Assembly (NCBI GenBank): GCA_963593015.1
Contig: CAVAYV010000015.1
Location: forward strand, 5,976-69,975
Length of the DNA stretch: 64,000 nt
DNA from: a bacterium
Lineage (GTDB): Bacteria > Bacillota_I > Bacilli_A > RFN20 > CAG-826
Direction: 5' to 3'
The notes under the pieces are model-generated. The model was not told the DNA's origin, searched no databases, and saw nothing but the letters and a program-made list of their open reading frames with translations. This document shows positions 1 through 9,856 of this stretch, piece by piece (the first letter of the stretch is position 1; each line of letters begins with the position of its first letter). The position numbers and the translations under genes were made by a program.

Positions 1-1
1 T

Positions 2-343
2 GGCAAAGATAAGCCAGAAGACATCATCAAAGACACCAAATTAGGCATCTATGTCACTAATTTCGGTGGCGGTTCGGTTGAACCAACCACTGGCGAATTC
101 AACTTCTCTGCCTCTGAAGCTTATATCATCCGCGATGGCAAGGTCTGCGAGCCAATCAAGGGGTGCACATTAATCGGAAGCGGCAAAGAAGTGCTGATGA
201 ATATTGATCGCGTCGGTAACGACATCGATCTTGGCCAAGGAAACTGCGGCGCTTCTTCTGGCATGGTGCCAGTCAATGTTGGGCAGCCAACAATTCGTAT
301 TTCCGAAATTACCGTCGGAGGAAGAGGAGGCAAACTTGAATGA
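2..343 (+). CDS. tldD: TldD-family U62 metallopeptidase, C-terminal fragment entering from upstream of the window
   Basis: Frame 2 is open from position 2 to TGA at 341-343. The translation (…GGGSVEPTTGEFNFSASEAYIIRDGKV…GMVPVNVGQPTIRISEITVGG) matches the conserved TldD/PmbA C-terminus. There is a 4-bp ATGA overlap with the next gene. Confidence 0.6.
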   Translation, partial: GKDKPEDIIKDTKLGIYVTNFGGGSVEPTTGEFNFSASEAYIIRDGKVCEPIKGCTLIGSGKEVLMNIDRVGNDIDLGQGNCGASSGMVPVNVGQPTIRISEITVGGRGGKLE

Positions 344-1662
344 ACTTCAATAAATTCTTTGAACTTGCTAAGGAAAAAGGCCTAGAAAGCGCCCAACTTC
401 AAGTTTCAAAATCAAAATCAACTTCCGTGACTTTGTATCATCACGAAATCGACAATTATTCCATCAATAGCGCTCAAAGCATCAAAGCATGCGGCGTTTA
501 CAAAGGCAAATTCGGCAGCTGCAAAAGCGAAGAATTCGGAAATAAAACTTTTGAATTCTTAATAGACGGGATTATCGAATCGGCCCTATTGAATGAAAAA
601 GAAGGCAATGCCGAATTGTTCGAAGGATCTGATAAATATCATAAAAAGAATATTTTCAATCCTTCTTTAAATGAAAAGCCAATTGAAGATAAGATCGCCC
701 TTATCAAAGATGTGGAAAACGCCTTATTCGATGCTGATTCAAGGATCAGCGATGTCTCTGACATGACTTATAGCGAATCTGAATCAAGCTCAGAATTCTA
801 TAACTCCTACGGGTTAAAGCTTAAGCAAAAATCCAACCATTTCTTCATATATGGCGGAGTTGTCGCAAAGGCAAATGATGAGGTTAAAACCGGCTTTAAC
901 ATTTTCTTTGGCGATGATTTAAAGAAATTCGACAAAGATGCATTCGTCAAAGAGGCCGTAGACAAAGCCTTAGCTAAATTCGGCGGAACTCAATGCGACA
1001 GCGGAAAATACCCAACCGTCTTAGCTCACGATATCTTTGGCGATTTGATAAACTATTTCTTAAGCAGTGCTTCCGCTGATGAAGTCCAACGTCAAAGCTC
1101 CTTCTTGATTGGCAAATTGAATACGAAGGTAGCCTCTAGCAAACTTACTATCTTAGAAAAGCCATTAGAGAAGAACATCTTCTTCACCTACTTCGATGAT
1201 GAAGGCGTGGCTACTTCAAACAAAGAAATCGTCAAAAACGGCGTCTTAAAACAGTATTTCTACAATAGGGAAACCGCGAAGAAAGATGGCGTTGCTTCTA
1301 CTGGCAATGGACAATGGGCAGGTGGCAAAATCGGAATCGGATATGGAAATATCTTCGTTAAAGGTTCAAAGAAATCTTTTGATGAGATGATTGCTCCAAT
1401 CAAAAAAGGCGTTTATATCACCGAGATTGCTGGCTTAGGCACTGGCATGAATGCCCAAAGCGGCGACTTCTCTTGCCAAGCCGAAGGTTATATGATCGAA
1501 AATGGCAAAGTCACAACCCCATTGAACCTAATCACAATCTCAGGCAACTTATTAAAGATGCTTAGCGATATCAAAGACTTAGACAATTCAGTCAAGATGC
1601 ATTTGAGTTCAATCGCTTGCAGCGATGTCTTGATTAAAAAACTCTCCATCGGAGGAAAATAA
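340..1662 (+). CDS. PmbA/TldE-family U62 metallopeptidase
   Basis: 440 aa. The C-terminal block GLGTGMNAQSGDFSCQAEGYMIENGKV is typical of TldD/PmbA, and it is translationally coupled to an upstream TldD. Confidence 0.6.
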   Translation: MNFNKFFELAKEKGLESAQLQVSKSKSTSVTLYHHEIDNYSINSAQSIKACGVYKGKFGSCKSEEFGNKTFEFLIDGIIESALLNEKEGNAELFEGSDKYHKKNIFNPSLNEKPIEDKIALIKDVENALFDADSRISDVSDMTYSESESSSEFYNSYGLKLKQKSNHFFIYGGVVAKANDEVKTGFNIFFGDDLKKFDKDAFVKEAVDKALAKFGGTQCDSGKYPTVLAHDIFGDLINYFLSSASADEVQRQSSFLIGKLNTKVASSKLTILEKPLEKNIFFTYFDDEGVATSNKEIVKNGVLKQYFYNRETAKKDGVASTGNGQWAGGKIGIGYGNIFVKGSKKSFDEMIAPIKKGVYITEIAGLGTGMNAQSGDFSCQAEGYMIENGKVTTPLNLITISGNLLKMLSDIKDLDNSVKMHLSSIACSDVLIKKLSIGGK

Positions 1663-1676
1663 CATTTAAAAGAATT

Positions 1677-1700
1677 GGCGCTTCGGCGCCTTTTCTTTTT
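1677..1700 (+). terminator. Rho-independent terminator after the pmbA-like gene (GGCGC-ttcg-GCGCC plus T-run)
   Basis: A perfect 5-bp GC stem followed by TTTTCTTTTT, directly downstream of the stop codon. Confidence 0.6.
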
Positions 1701-2403
1701 AAAATCCCGGTAAAAGCTTACAAATAATAAAAATTAGTCATCGGATTCAAATTCTTCAGCTATGTCCATAAACTCTTTAAAACAGGCGAAGCAAATTCCG
1801 TTTCCCCTCTTCTTGAAATAATGATCCTTTTTCGGTCAGATGTTTTTTATAAGTTTGAAGATTGCCATTTATCACATTTAGAAGATTGCAAAGCTCTGCC
1901 TGTTCGTTTTCGTTAGTCCTATTAGAATTTCTTTTTTTCTTTGACGCTTAATCTTTTCAAGCTCAAAGGATGTGGATTCTTAGCTAAATTAAAATCATAA
2001 TCGCCTAACAGCTTTGAAGAATTTCTATGGTCTTTGGGATACAAAGAAGATCAATTAAAAACATTAGAAAATTGTTTTAATCAAAGAAAAGCGGATTAAA
2101 AATAGATTTCGTAATTTCATATGATGGTTATCTGACTTTAGTTGAAACAAAATCTAAAAACGGCAGCGCGAAATCAAACAAAACAGTGATGAAACACCAG
2201 GAACACTATCTCAAAACAAAACTCATTAAAATTGGAGATTATAATATAGGGCAGTAAGAAGACATTCTCACTATCCCCGATTTTCTTGTCTTTATGTTAA
2301 GGAAAAGAATCATGTTTTTTAATCATTCAGTTTTAATAGCTTCTTATAGTTTGTTACATTTTATGTTACCTTTTTACCTTGCTTGTTTTAACATAATAGC
2401 ATC

Positions 2404-3030
2404 ATGAAAAAGAGCTTCTTTTTAAAACTCATCGACAAGATTGGCACAAACACTCTTTTTGATTTAGATAGGGCCTCTAAAGTAGACAAATCTTTGAGCA
2501 AAGACGCTTTGAAAGAAGAGATGTCACGCCTTGCCGACAAAGGGATAGTTTTAAGGATCAGCAACGGCATATATCTAATTCAAGAAGGTCAAATAGATAT
2601 ACAAGAATATCAATATCAATCAATCTTTTATAGATACATCCGTAACGAAAATGATGTTTATGGCTTTCTAGGAGAAGATTCTTTCATAAGAAGTTTGCAA
2701 AACAAAAAACTTCCAAAAAAAGGAATTACTATAATCACAAATAAAGCCACCAGTGGGAAAAAGACAATAAAACTTTTCGATTACAAAGTAATTTTGAAAA
2801 AGTCATTTATGAAAATAGATAAAAAGAACGCTGATTTGCTTTGTTTTTTGACTTACATCAGTCAGGCAGACATTGAGGAAATAATCAAAAACCACGCAAT
2901 TTTAGCTTCTTTCTTAAAAGAACGAAAATTCGCTACATCAGAAACCCTTATCACCCTGAATTCGTTTCCAAACAAAACTGCGAAAAAAATTATCATAAGT
3001 GGGCTTTATAAGTATTTGCTTAAGCATTAG
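2404..3030 (+). CDS. Hypothetical protein with an AbiEi-like N-terminal wHTH (…LSRLADKGIVLRISNGIYLI…)
   Basis: 208-aa ORF. The N-terminal pattern L..L...GIV.RI..GIY.I resembles the AbiEi_4 antitoxin domain. No AbiEii partner gene follows it. Confidence 0.3.
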   Translation: MKKSFFLKLIDKIGTNTLFDLDRASKVDKSLSKDALKEEMSRLADKGIVLRISNGIYLIQEGQIDIQEYQYQSIFYRYIRNENDVYGFLGEDSFIRSLQNKKLPKKGITIITNKATSGKKTIKLFDYKVILKKSFMKIDKKNADLLCFLTYISQADIEEIIKNHAILASFLKERKFATSETLITLNSFPNKTAKKIIISGLYKYLLKH

Positions 3031-3118
3031 TCTTACTGCTTTATTAGAAGGCAATGGCAGAAGAAAACACCGTTAGCGAAATGCTTTTGATATTCTTAAA
3101 ACCAAGTTAAATAACTTT

Positions 3119-4080
3119 TTACCTAAGCCAACGTACCCTGATGTTTTTTTGGTTTTTTAACTTCAGGCGTTGTCTTCCAAATAATAATCTAATATATTCC
3201 TTAAAAAGAGGAAGCACAAAAGAAAGGACACCTCTTCCTTTTTCTACCAAGACGCCTTTGTCGATCAGGCGTTTCCTGTAGGTGTTAAAATGATTAAAAT
3301 CAACGTTGCAACTTTCGAGTATGTCGCGCATCCTTCCGCTTGCGGAATTCGCTATCCCAAACAAAACCTTTTTATCCCCATTGGATAATTCTGACCAAAT
3401 TTTATTGTAGGAATATTCTTCTAAATAAATTCTATAATCATCTAAAGCTTTTTTGTAATCGCCTTCTTTTCTGAACGTAAGGAAGCCTAAAGCTTGAAAC
3501 CCAAACGCATAGCCATTAGTCAGCTTTGCCATGCTTTTCGCATCGTCATCATTAAGATTAAAAACGGATTTATATTTGTTTTTATAGCGGTTATATTAAA
3601 AGGCCCAAGATTGATTCTTGGCGACCTATACAAAAACTTTAAACTTTTTTCATCTTGAAGGTTTCGTATATTTTCATATAGGCCAGTCATTAATAAAAAC
3701 ACAGGCAAATCTTGCCTAACCAATATTTGAAACATACTTGAAAAAACTTTGATATTTTTATTGTTTGTCACTTCATCAACGGCGATCAAAACTTTCTTAT
3801 GCTTTTTCTTTAAGTGTTCAAGAATTTTAATAATCGCAGTTTCTTTATCGGTGATTTTGTTTTCTAAACTCGCACCAACAATAAAAAACATTAAAAATGT
3901 TAAATTCATGTTTATTGATTTTATCAAAGTGCTTGCTTGGCTATTTAGTTTTGTCAGCAAACCTTCTTGCATATCGGTTTCGGAATTCAGCTCGATGACA
4001 ATTCATTCATCCTATTTTTAAATATTTGCAAATCTCCGTCATCTAAATAGTTTTCCGCTGCCTATGATGGAAGTTATAAG
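3119..4080 (-). pseudogene. Frameshifted, N-terminally decayed AAA+ ATPase (ATP-binding protein with C-terminal wHTH)
   Basis: Two ORFs, 3520-3972 and 3119-3532, overlap by 13 bp in different frames and together form a single ATPase (…IAVDEVTNN…LLMTGLYENIRNL…FLYRSPRINLGP… then …SASGRMRDILES…TYRKRLIDKGVL). A Walker-A remnant (IIGSGKT) lies in a third frame at about 4044-4078, and no intact N-terminus exists. Confidence 0.6.
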
Positions 4081-4212
4081 ATAAATTTGTTGATTAATGG
4101 AGTTGTTAATTCGGAGTCTTTGCCAAATATAATTGAGAACGGGTTATTCTTTTGAAATTCTCCTTCGCTTTCAGAATAATGTTTTACTATTCTTTACTAT
4201 TTGAAATTAAAC

Positions 4213-4262
4213 AAAATAAAAGCCACCGCTGCTTCTTTGGGCTTCAGAATAGTGATGGCTTT
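4213..4262 (-). terminator. Putative terminator downstream of the 4271-5551 gene
   Basis: On the minus strand: AAAGCCATCACT…AGCGGTGGCTTT stem (8 of 9 pairs with one GU) followed by TTTTATTTTGTTT. Confidence 0.4.
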
Positions 4263-4270
4263 ATTATTTA

Positions 4271-5551
4271 CTAGTCGTTGGACGCGTCTTTAGAGGTTTC
4301 ACTTTCCAATTGTTTTTCATCAATCGTTTCTACTTTATTGGCGGTCACGACAGTGTCATTAGATGTAATGTTTGAAGATGGTTCTTCTTTCTTTGCTTCT
4401 TCTAATTTGTAGCCATAATCGGATAAATCCCAATCCTTATGAGCTTCTAACACTTTAAGAACAGATGCCTTAAGCAATTTCTTTTCAACGGTCTTCTTTT
4501 CTTTTGGAAGCTTGCGGTAAACGTCGTGGACTTTGTTTAAAGCAGCTTCGGTCTCTCCAAAGGATTCTTCCACCAATCCGTTTGCGAGCAAATAGGCTCT
4601 GAGAGCAGGGGCGCTATTTAAGGCAGCGATATGTTTTTTTGTCTCAACAGGAAGGGCGATGAAATATTTCTTCGCTTCTTCTAGTGGTTTCGTATCGAGG
4701 ATAATCGCAATTTTTTGTGCCTCAGCAACACGATAAACGGAAGAAGAAACTTTCTTTTTGCAAACTAACGTTTTCTCAACGATCTTCAAAGCCTCGTCAA
4801 ATTGTCCTTTGTCTAAGCAATCATATAAAGCAACATCATTGACTGCGGCGGTGAAATCAGTGACTTCGTCATAGACGATATTGGTTTCGCTTTTGATGCC
4901 TCTCGCCAAATTATTTTCGGCAATTAACATTTGATTGTAGGCTTCGACGTTAACTTTATTATTTAAGATAGTCATTAGATATCCATCATTTTTAGAATCA
5001 ATCGCAGCAGGGAAAATATCATAAATCAATACCATTCCAGCAATAGTCATAACGACTTCACTTGCAGGTTTCAGCCAGAACAAGGTTGAATCCCCACCAT
5101 TGAGAGAGCTCATCGCAACAACTAATAAGATGACGCAAATGACGATTTCTAAGAATAAGAACAACAATCCCATGTAGATAATTGGACGCGGATTGCTCTT
5201 CTTAACGTCTTTTGGGGTAACGCTGGTTTCGCCAGTCAAGCCATCAAAGCTTCCGAAATAGGAAACCCATTTGCCGTTGTTCTTTTTCTTGCGTCCAATG
5301 CCAAGAATAACAAATCTTTGAACATCATAATGACCGATTTTGGCACCGACAATATGGCCCGCTTCCAAGAATATGGCAGAAACGATAATCCCAATGATTA
5401 TCGCAATTATCACTAAGCCATAGCTGCTAACCGATATTGAGGAAGCGTAGGTGCTAGAGAAGTCGCTTCTCAAAACGAACATGCCAACGCAGATAGCGAC
5501 CACAAGCATCAGCAAATATGCCAAATACCCTAAAGATTCATTCTTTTTCAT
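4271..5551 (-). CDS. Hypothetical polytopic membrane protein with a C-terminal helical repeat domain (TPR-like)
   Basis: 426 aa. The N-terminal half has several hydrophobic helices, including a degenerate LEAGH motif. The C-terminal half is charged and helical. It sits downstream of a TetR gene. Confidence 0.35.
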   Translation of the reverse strand: MKKNESLGYLAYLLMLVVAICVGMFVLRSDFSSTYASSISVSSYGLVIIAIIIGIIVSAIFLEAGHIVGAKIGHYDVQRFVILGIGRKKKNNGKWVSYFGSFDGLTGETSVTPKDVKKSNPRPIIYMGLLFLFLEIVICVILLVVAMSSLNGGDSTLFWLKPASEVVMTIAGMVLIYDIFPAAIDSKNDGYLMTILNNKVNVEAYNQMLIAENNLARGIKSETNIVYDEVTDFTAAVNDVALYDCLDKGQFDEALKIVEKTLVCKKKVSSSVYRVAEAQKIAIILDTKPLEEAKKYFIALPVETKKHIAALNSAPALRAYLLANGLVEESFGETEAALNKVHDVYRKLPKEKKTVEKKLLKASVLKVLEAHKDWDLSDYGYKLEEAKKEEPSSNITSNDTVVTANKVETIDEKQLESETSKDASND

Positions 5552-5634
5552 AATTAAAACCTCCTTAATTGTTGAAAACAGTTTCTATATATCTCAAAAC
5601 TGCTTTGTATCTAGTGGCTAGGGCATTGACCAAC

Positions 5635-5644
5635 CACACGTGTG
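5635..5644. promoter_or_regulatory. Perfect 10-bp palindrome CACACGTGTG nested in a GGGCA…TGCCC inverted repeat
   Basis: Seen directly in the 5' region of the minus-strand membrane gene, downstream of the TetR gene. It is a candidate operator or RNA hairpin. Confidence 0.3.
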
Positions 5645-5910
5645 CCATTGCCCTTTTATAGATTAACAAAAGCGTTTATGCATTCCCCTAAGCCAAATTA
5701 TTTAAAATCATTGGCGTTCCAATAGATGTTTATTCATCTATCAGATTGGCTCCTATTATAACTTTTTCTAAATAGTTATCACTATTTATATTTGCGCTTT
5801 GTTTCTAATTTTGAAAAGTAAAAATTCTTTAAGTAAGTGATATATCTAAAAATCGCTGCAAATCAATCTAAAAACGCAAAATATTCAGTAGTTTGCATTC
5901 AATGAACCTA

Positions 5911-6471
5911 TTATTTGCGATTACTCTCTAATCCGGACATTTTTATCAAGGCAGGCAAGACGATTTCACACACATTATTAATATATCGTTTCATGACACG
6001 CTCAAAACGAGCAGGAGTGACGCTGACGTTTTTAAACCAATATCCAAACTCGTCTGAAACCATTTTTGAGAAGCGTCTAGCGACTGTTCTATCAACGTCG
6101 TTAGGCTGTGAGGTGTTTCTTTCTTTGGCAAGAACAAAAAGTAATCTAGTTGCCACCTTGCTATAGCAGAACTCATCCACTAAATCGCCGGCCGCGCTAT
6201 TATAAGCGCTTCTTAAAAAGACGAAATTAGTCTTGGCGTATTTTAGCAAGCACAAAAGAATAGAGGAAGGATCATTCGCTCTATTTAACCCCTCTATTTC
6301 TTCATTTAAAAAGATCGCGGCGAGTAAATCATAAATATCTTGGTAATGATAATAGAAGGTTTGGCGATGACACTTGCAAGCCTCGCAAAGGGTTGTGACG
6401 TTAATCTCGCTAAGAGACTGGCTAAGCATCATTTCTTTTAACGTTCTTTTAAATTTGGCTTCAGTCGTCAT
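5911..6471 (-). CDS. TetR/AcrR family transcriptional regulator
   Basis: 186 aa. The N-terminal HTH (…LSEINVTTLCEACKCHRQTFYYHYQDIYDLL…) is typical of the TetR family. Confidence 0.65.
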   Translation of the reverse strand: MTTEAKFKRTLKEMMLSQSLSEINVTTLCEACKCHRQTFYYHYQDIYDLLAAIFLNEEIEGLNRANDPSSILLCLLKYAKTNFVFLRSAYNSAAGDLVDEFCYSKVATRLLFVLAKERNTSQPNDVDRTVARRFSKMVSDEFGYWFKNVSVTPARFERVMKRYINNVCEIVLPALIKMSGLESNRK

Positions 6472-6473
6472 AT

Positions 6474-7376
6474 TTATTTAAGTTTCGCGTACTCCGAAGC
6501 TATCTCTGCGCCTAAGATGGCATTATTGATCACTAAATCTATGTTGGTCTCTAGAGACTTCCCGCCAGTCAATTCAACAACGCGCTTTAATAAGAATGGA
6601 GTGACATCCTTTCCTTTAATCCCTGATTCATCAGCTTCCTTAACGGCCCTATTGATAATGGAGTCGACATATTCATGGGATAAGGCGTTTTCTTTTGGGC
6701 AAGGGTTAGAAATAAGAATTCCGCCAGTTAAATCAAAATCGCGTTTAGCTTTGATGATTTTGGCCGCTTCTTCGGGGGTTTGAAAGGCATAATCGGCTTC
6801 ATAACCGGAATCTTCACAATAGAAGTTTGCAAAATCCTTGGATTTATTCGATAAGACCGTAACGCCTTGCGTTTCGAGCACTTCCAAGGTTTTGGCAATA
6901 TCAAGAATGGCTTTTGCGCCAGCGCAAATGACGGTGACCGGCTCACTAGCGAGTTCGTATAAATCGCGAGAGACATCAAAAGTTGTTTCAGCTCCACGAT
7001 GAACGCCACCAATTCCCCCGGTGACAAAAATTTCTATTCCGGCGGCTTTCGCCATCAAGATTGTGGCACTCACCGTCGTTGCGCCCCACTTTTTTGTGGC
7101 AATGACGATTGGCAAATCGCGCTTGCTTACTTTAGCGATTCCTTTGCGTTTGCCGAATTCTTCGATTTCTTCACGGGACATGCCGACAATCGGCTCGCCT
7201 TCGATAATGCCCATCGTGGCAGGAATGGCGCCATGTTCACGAATGGTTTTTTCAACTAGCATTGCCGTTTCCACGTTTTTTGGATAAGGCATTCCATGCG
7301 AAATGATCGTGCTTTCTAAAGCGACAACAGGTTTTCCTTCTTGTAATGCTTTTTTGACTTCTGGGTTGATTTTCAT
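6474..7376 (-). CDS. psuG: Pseudouridine-5'-phosphate glycosidase (indigoidine synthase A-like)
   Basis: Starts MKINPEVKKALQEGKPVVALESTIISHGMPYP…, the conserved PsuG N-terminus. An RBS (GGAAAGAAGGA) precedes the ATG at 7376. The ORF-track start at 7439 is probably a 5' over-extension. Confidence 0.7.
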   Translation of the reverse strand: MKINPEVKKALQEGKPVVALESTIISHGMPYPKNVETAMLVEKTIREHGAIPATMGIIEGEPIVGMSREEIEEFGKRKGIAKVSKRDLPIVIATKKWGATTVSATILMAKAAGIEIFVTGGIGGVHRGAETTFDVSRDLYELASEPVTVICAGAKAILDIAKTLEVLETQGVTVLSNKSKDFANFYCEDSGYEADYAFQTPEEAAKIIKAKRDFDLTGGILISNPCPKENALSHEYVDSIINRAVKEADESGIKGKDVTPFLLKRVVELTGGKSLETNIDLVINNAILGAEIASEYAKLK

Positions 7377-7377
7377 A

Positions 7378-9855
7378 TTATTCGTCCTTCTTTCCAAAAA
7401 TTTTAATATGCGTAATGCGTTTTCTGACGTAGCAATCAATCAAAACATATACGAAGGCCAAAGCCAAAAATGAGCCAGCCATAAATAAGGCAAGTCTCCA
7501 GGTCATTACTCCATAGTTCAAATCGAGATATAAGCTTGAGACCAAGCCTGTTTCTGAGTTTGTTTTGCCTGGGATTAGATAGTCGGCCAAAAAGCACAGT
7601 CCTCCTAAAACAAATAGTCCCACAGCGACTATGGCTCTATATTTGTCAAAAGGCACGCATATTCTAAATAAGACTAAGTAGCTAACCAAGGTAAAAACGA
7701 TCGTAGAGCAAGTTATTGCCGCCTCTTTTGACATGAAGGAAGGATCAATCAAATAAGCCCCGAAGAAGATTAGGACACATAGAGCTTCCACTAAACCCGA
7801 CGGAACGGAGGTAGCCAAGGTATTTTTCATAAATGACCCACTCAAACGTTCTTTGGAAGGTTGCAAAGCCAAGAAGAACCCAGCCAAGCCGATTGAGCAA
7901 AGTTCCCAAACGAATAGGTTTGTGGTGCTGAATGGATATTTCATTCCGCCGCACCACCCAGAGATTAAGAATACAAAGGATAAAATAACGGCAAAGATGG
8001 TTTTTCCTAAAAACAAAGAGGAACTACGTTGCAAGTTATTGATAACCCTTCTTCCTTCCGCCACAACATCAGGAAGTTTGGAGAAATCATTATCCATGCT
8101 GACCAAATGAGCGACATTCCTTGCCGCAGAAGCCCCAGAAGCCATTGCGATAGAACAATCGGCTTTCTTTAAGGCGATGATATCATTGACGCCGTCTCCA
8201 GTCATCGCGACTTTATGGCCTTCATTTTGAAGAGCTTCGACGATTATGGCTTTTTGTTCTGGTTTTACGCGACCAAAGACACTACAAGTCTTGATTAAAG
8301 CAGGGATGTCTTCGTCCTTCACCTGATCCATTGAGACATAGTTATCGGCGTTTTTAACCCCGACTTCAGCGGCGATCTGCGAGACTGTGACAGGATTATC
8401 ACCAGAGATAATTTTGATATCAACGCCATTCTTTTGGAACCATTCGATATTTGGTTTCGCATCATCTTTAATATGATCGGAGAAGTAAATTAAGCCAATC
8501 AACGTGTTATCTGTGGGGATTTTGCCTTTTTCAATCGATTTATCATTATGGTAAATAGCTAACACCCGATATCCTTCTTTAGAAAGGCTATCAATCTCAT
8601 TATCCATTGAATTAACTGGTTTTTGCGGAATAAATCCAAAAGCGCCCATAATAAATGTACCTTTATTTCCAAAGGAAGCGGCGCTGTATTTGTAATCAGA
8701 ATCAAAAGGAACGACCGCAGTTGCTTCATAACTCCCCTTTGAATAAGCGAGAGTCACCGCTTTCGCTGTGGCGTTTTCGTCTTTTGTGGCATTGACTAAA
8801 CTCGCTAAGACATCACTTATCTCTTCTTTGGAATATTTGTCGCAAGTCAAAATGTCCTTCACTCTAATCGTGCCATCGGTCAAGGTACCTGTCTTATCAA
8901 AGCAAACGACATCAACTCGGGCAAGCATTTCAATACAATAGAGTTCTTGAACGTTCATATGTTTCTTCGTCAAAGCCAAAACGCCTTTCGCTAAAGCCAA
9001 AGAAACCAACAAATATAAGCCACTAGGAATCATAGCGACCATCGATCCACCTAACGACTTAGCGAAATCGTAATAAGAAAGGTCTTCCCCCATTCCAAAC
9101 TTCTCGACTAAATAGGTTATGGTCATGCCTAACCCCAAAACAATTGAGCAAATTCCGGTAATTAAGAATATCTTTAAGCAAGAGCGTTTGAGTTCGCTTT
9201 TAGGACGAGAGAACTCTTTGGCTTTGTTTTGAATATCTTCAGCATAATTCGCGCTGCCAACGCGAATCACTTTCACGTGGGCTTTGCCACTTTTTACATA
9301 AGAGCCGCTTAAAACCTCATCACCAACGCTTTTGCTAATGGCGACAGATTCGCCAGTAAGCAGAGATTCATCTGCTTTCAATTCACCTTCAACAACCACC
9401 GCATCGGCACAAATTTGCTCGCCTGGGCGTAAAATGACAACATCCTCATAAACGATTTCGTTAATGTGTATTTCTTCTTCTTTGCCATTCCGGATGACGT
9501 TAACCCTCGGATCGGTTATAAGCCTTAGCTTATCGACGAGTTTTCTTGCACGAATATCCGTAACTAAGCCAATCGCATCATTTACAAGCAAAATCGCTAA
9601 AAAACCATAATACTTCGGATTATAGACTTTAGCGCTCAGCATGATAATAGCCACGATAAAAAGGAGAATGTTAAAGAAAGAGAAGAAATTGTCTTTGATG
9701 ATCTTCCAATAAGACTTAGTTACCTTTTTGGCAGTGTGATTAACGAGTTCTTCTTTCTTTCTTTGCTCAACTTGCTCAGTGGATAAACCATCAGTGAAAT
9801 CCGGATTGAATTTCTCAGCCTCTTTGAGTTCTTGAAGAAGTTTTTCTTTGTTCAT
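7378..9855 (-). CDS. Cation-translocating P-type ATPase
   Basis: 825 aa with the phosphorylation motif DKTGTLT (…CFDKTGTLTDG…) and the hinge motif TGDGVNDIIALKKAD. It has N- and C-terminal transmembrane blocks. Confidence 0.8.
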   Translation of the reverse strand: MNKEKLLQELKEAEKFNPDFTDGLSTEQVEQRKKEELVNHTAKKVTKSYWKIIKDNFFSFFNILLFIVAIIMLSAKVYNPKYYGFLAILLVNDAIGLVTDIRARKLVDKLRLITDPRVNVIRNGKEEEIHINEIVYEDVVILRPGEQICADAVVVEGELKADESLLTGESVAISKSVGDEVLSGSYVKSGKAHVKVIRVGSANYAEDIQNKAKEFSRPKSELKRSCLKIFLITGICSIVLGLGMTITYLVEKFGMGEDLSYYDFAKSLGGSMVAMIPSGLYLLVSLALAKGVLALTKKHMNVQELYCIEMLARVDVVCFDKTGTLTDGTIRVKDILTCDKYSKEEISDVLASLVNATKDENATAKAVTLAYSKGSYEATAVVPFDSDYKYSAASFGNKGTFIMGAFGFIPQKPVNSMDNEIDSLSKEGYRVLAIYHNDKSIEKGKIPTDNTLIGLIYFSDHIKDDAKPNIEWFQKNGVDIKIISGDNPVTVSQIAAEVGVKNADNYVSMDQVKDEDIPALIKTCSVFGRVKPEQKAIIVEALQNEGHKVAMTGDGVNDIIALKKADCSIAMASGASAARNVAHLVSMDNDFSKLPDVVAEGRRVINNLQRSSSLFLGKTIFAVILSFVFLISGWCGGMKYPFSTTNLFVWELCSIGLAGFFLALQPSKERLSGSFMKNTLATSVPSGLVEALCVLIFFGAYLIDPSFMSKEAAITCSTIVFTLVSYLVLFRICVPFDKYRAIVAVGLFVLGGLCFLADYLIPGKTNSETGLVSSLYLDLNYGVMTWRLALFMAGSFLALAFVYVLIDCYVRKRITHIKIFGKKDE

Positions 9856-9856
9856 G

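Noticed and set aside
4271-5551. LEAGHIVGAK could be an M50 site-2 protease HExxH motif
   Set aside because: The first His is Leu (LEAGH), and no second zinc-ligand motif (LDG) could be found. It is recorded only as a degenerate resemblance.
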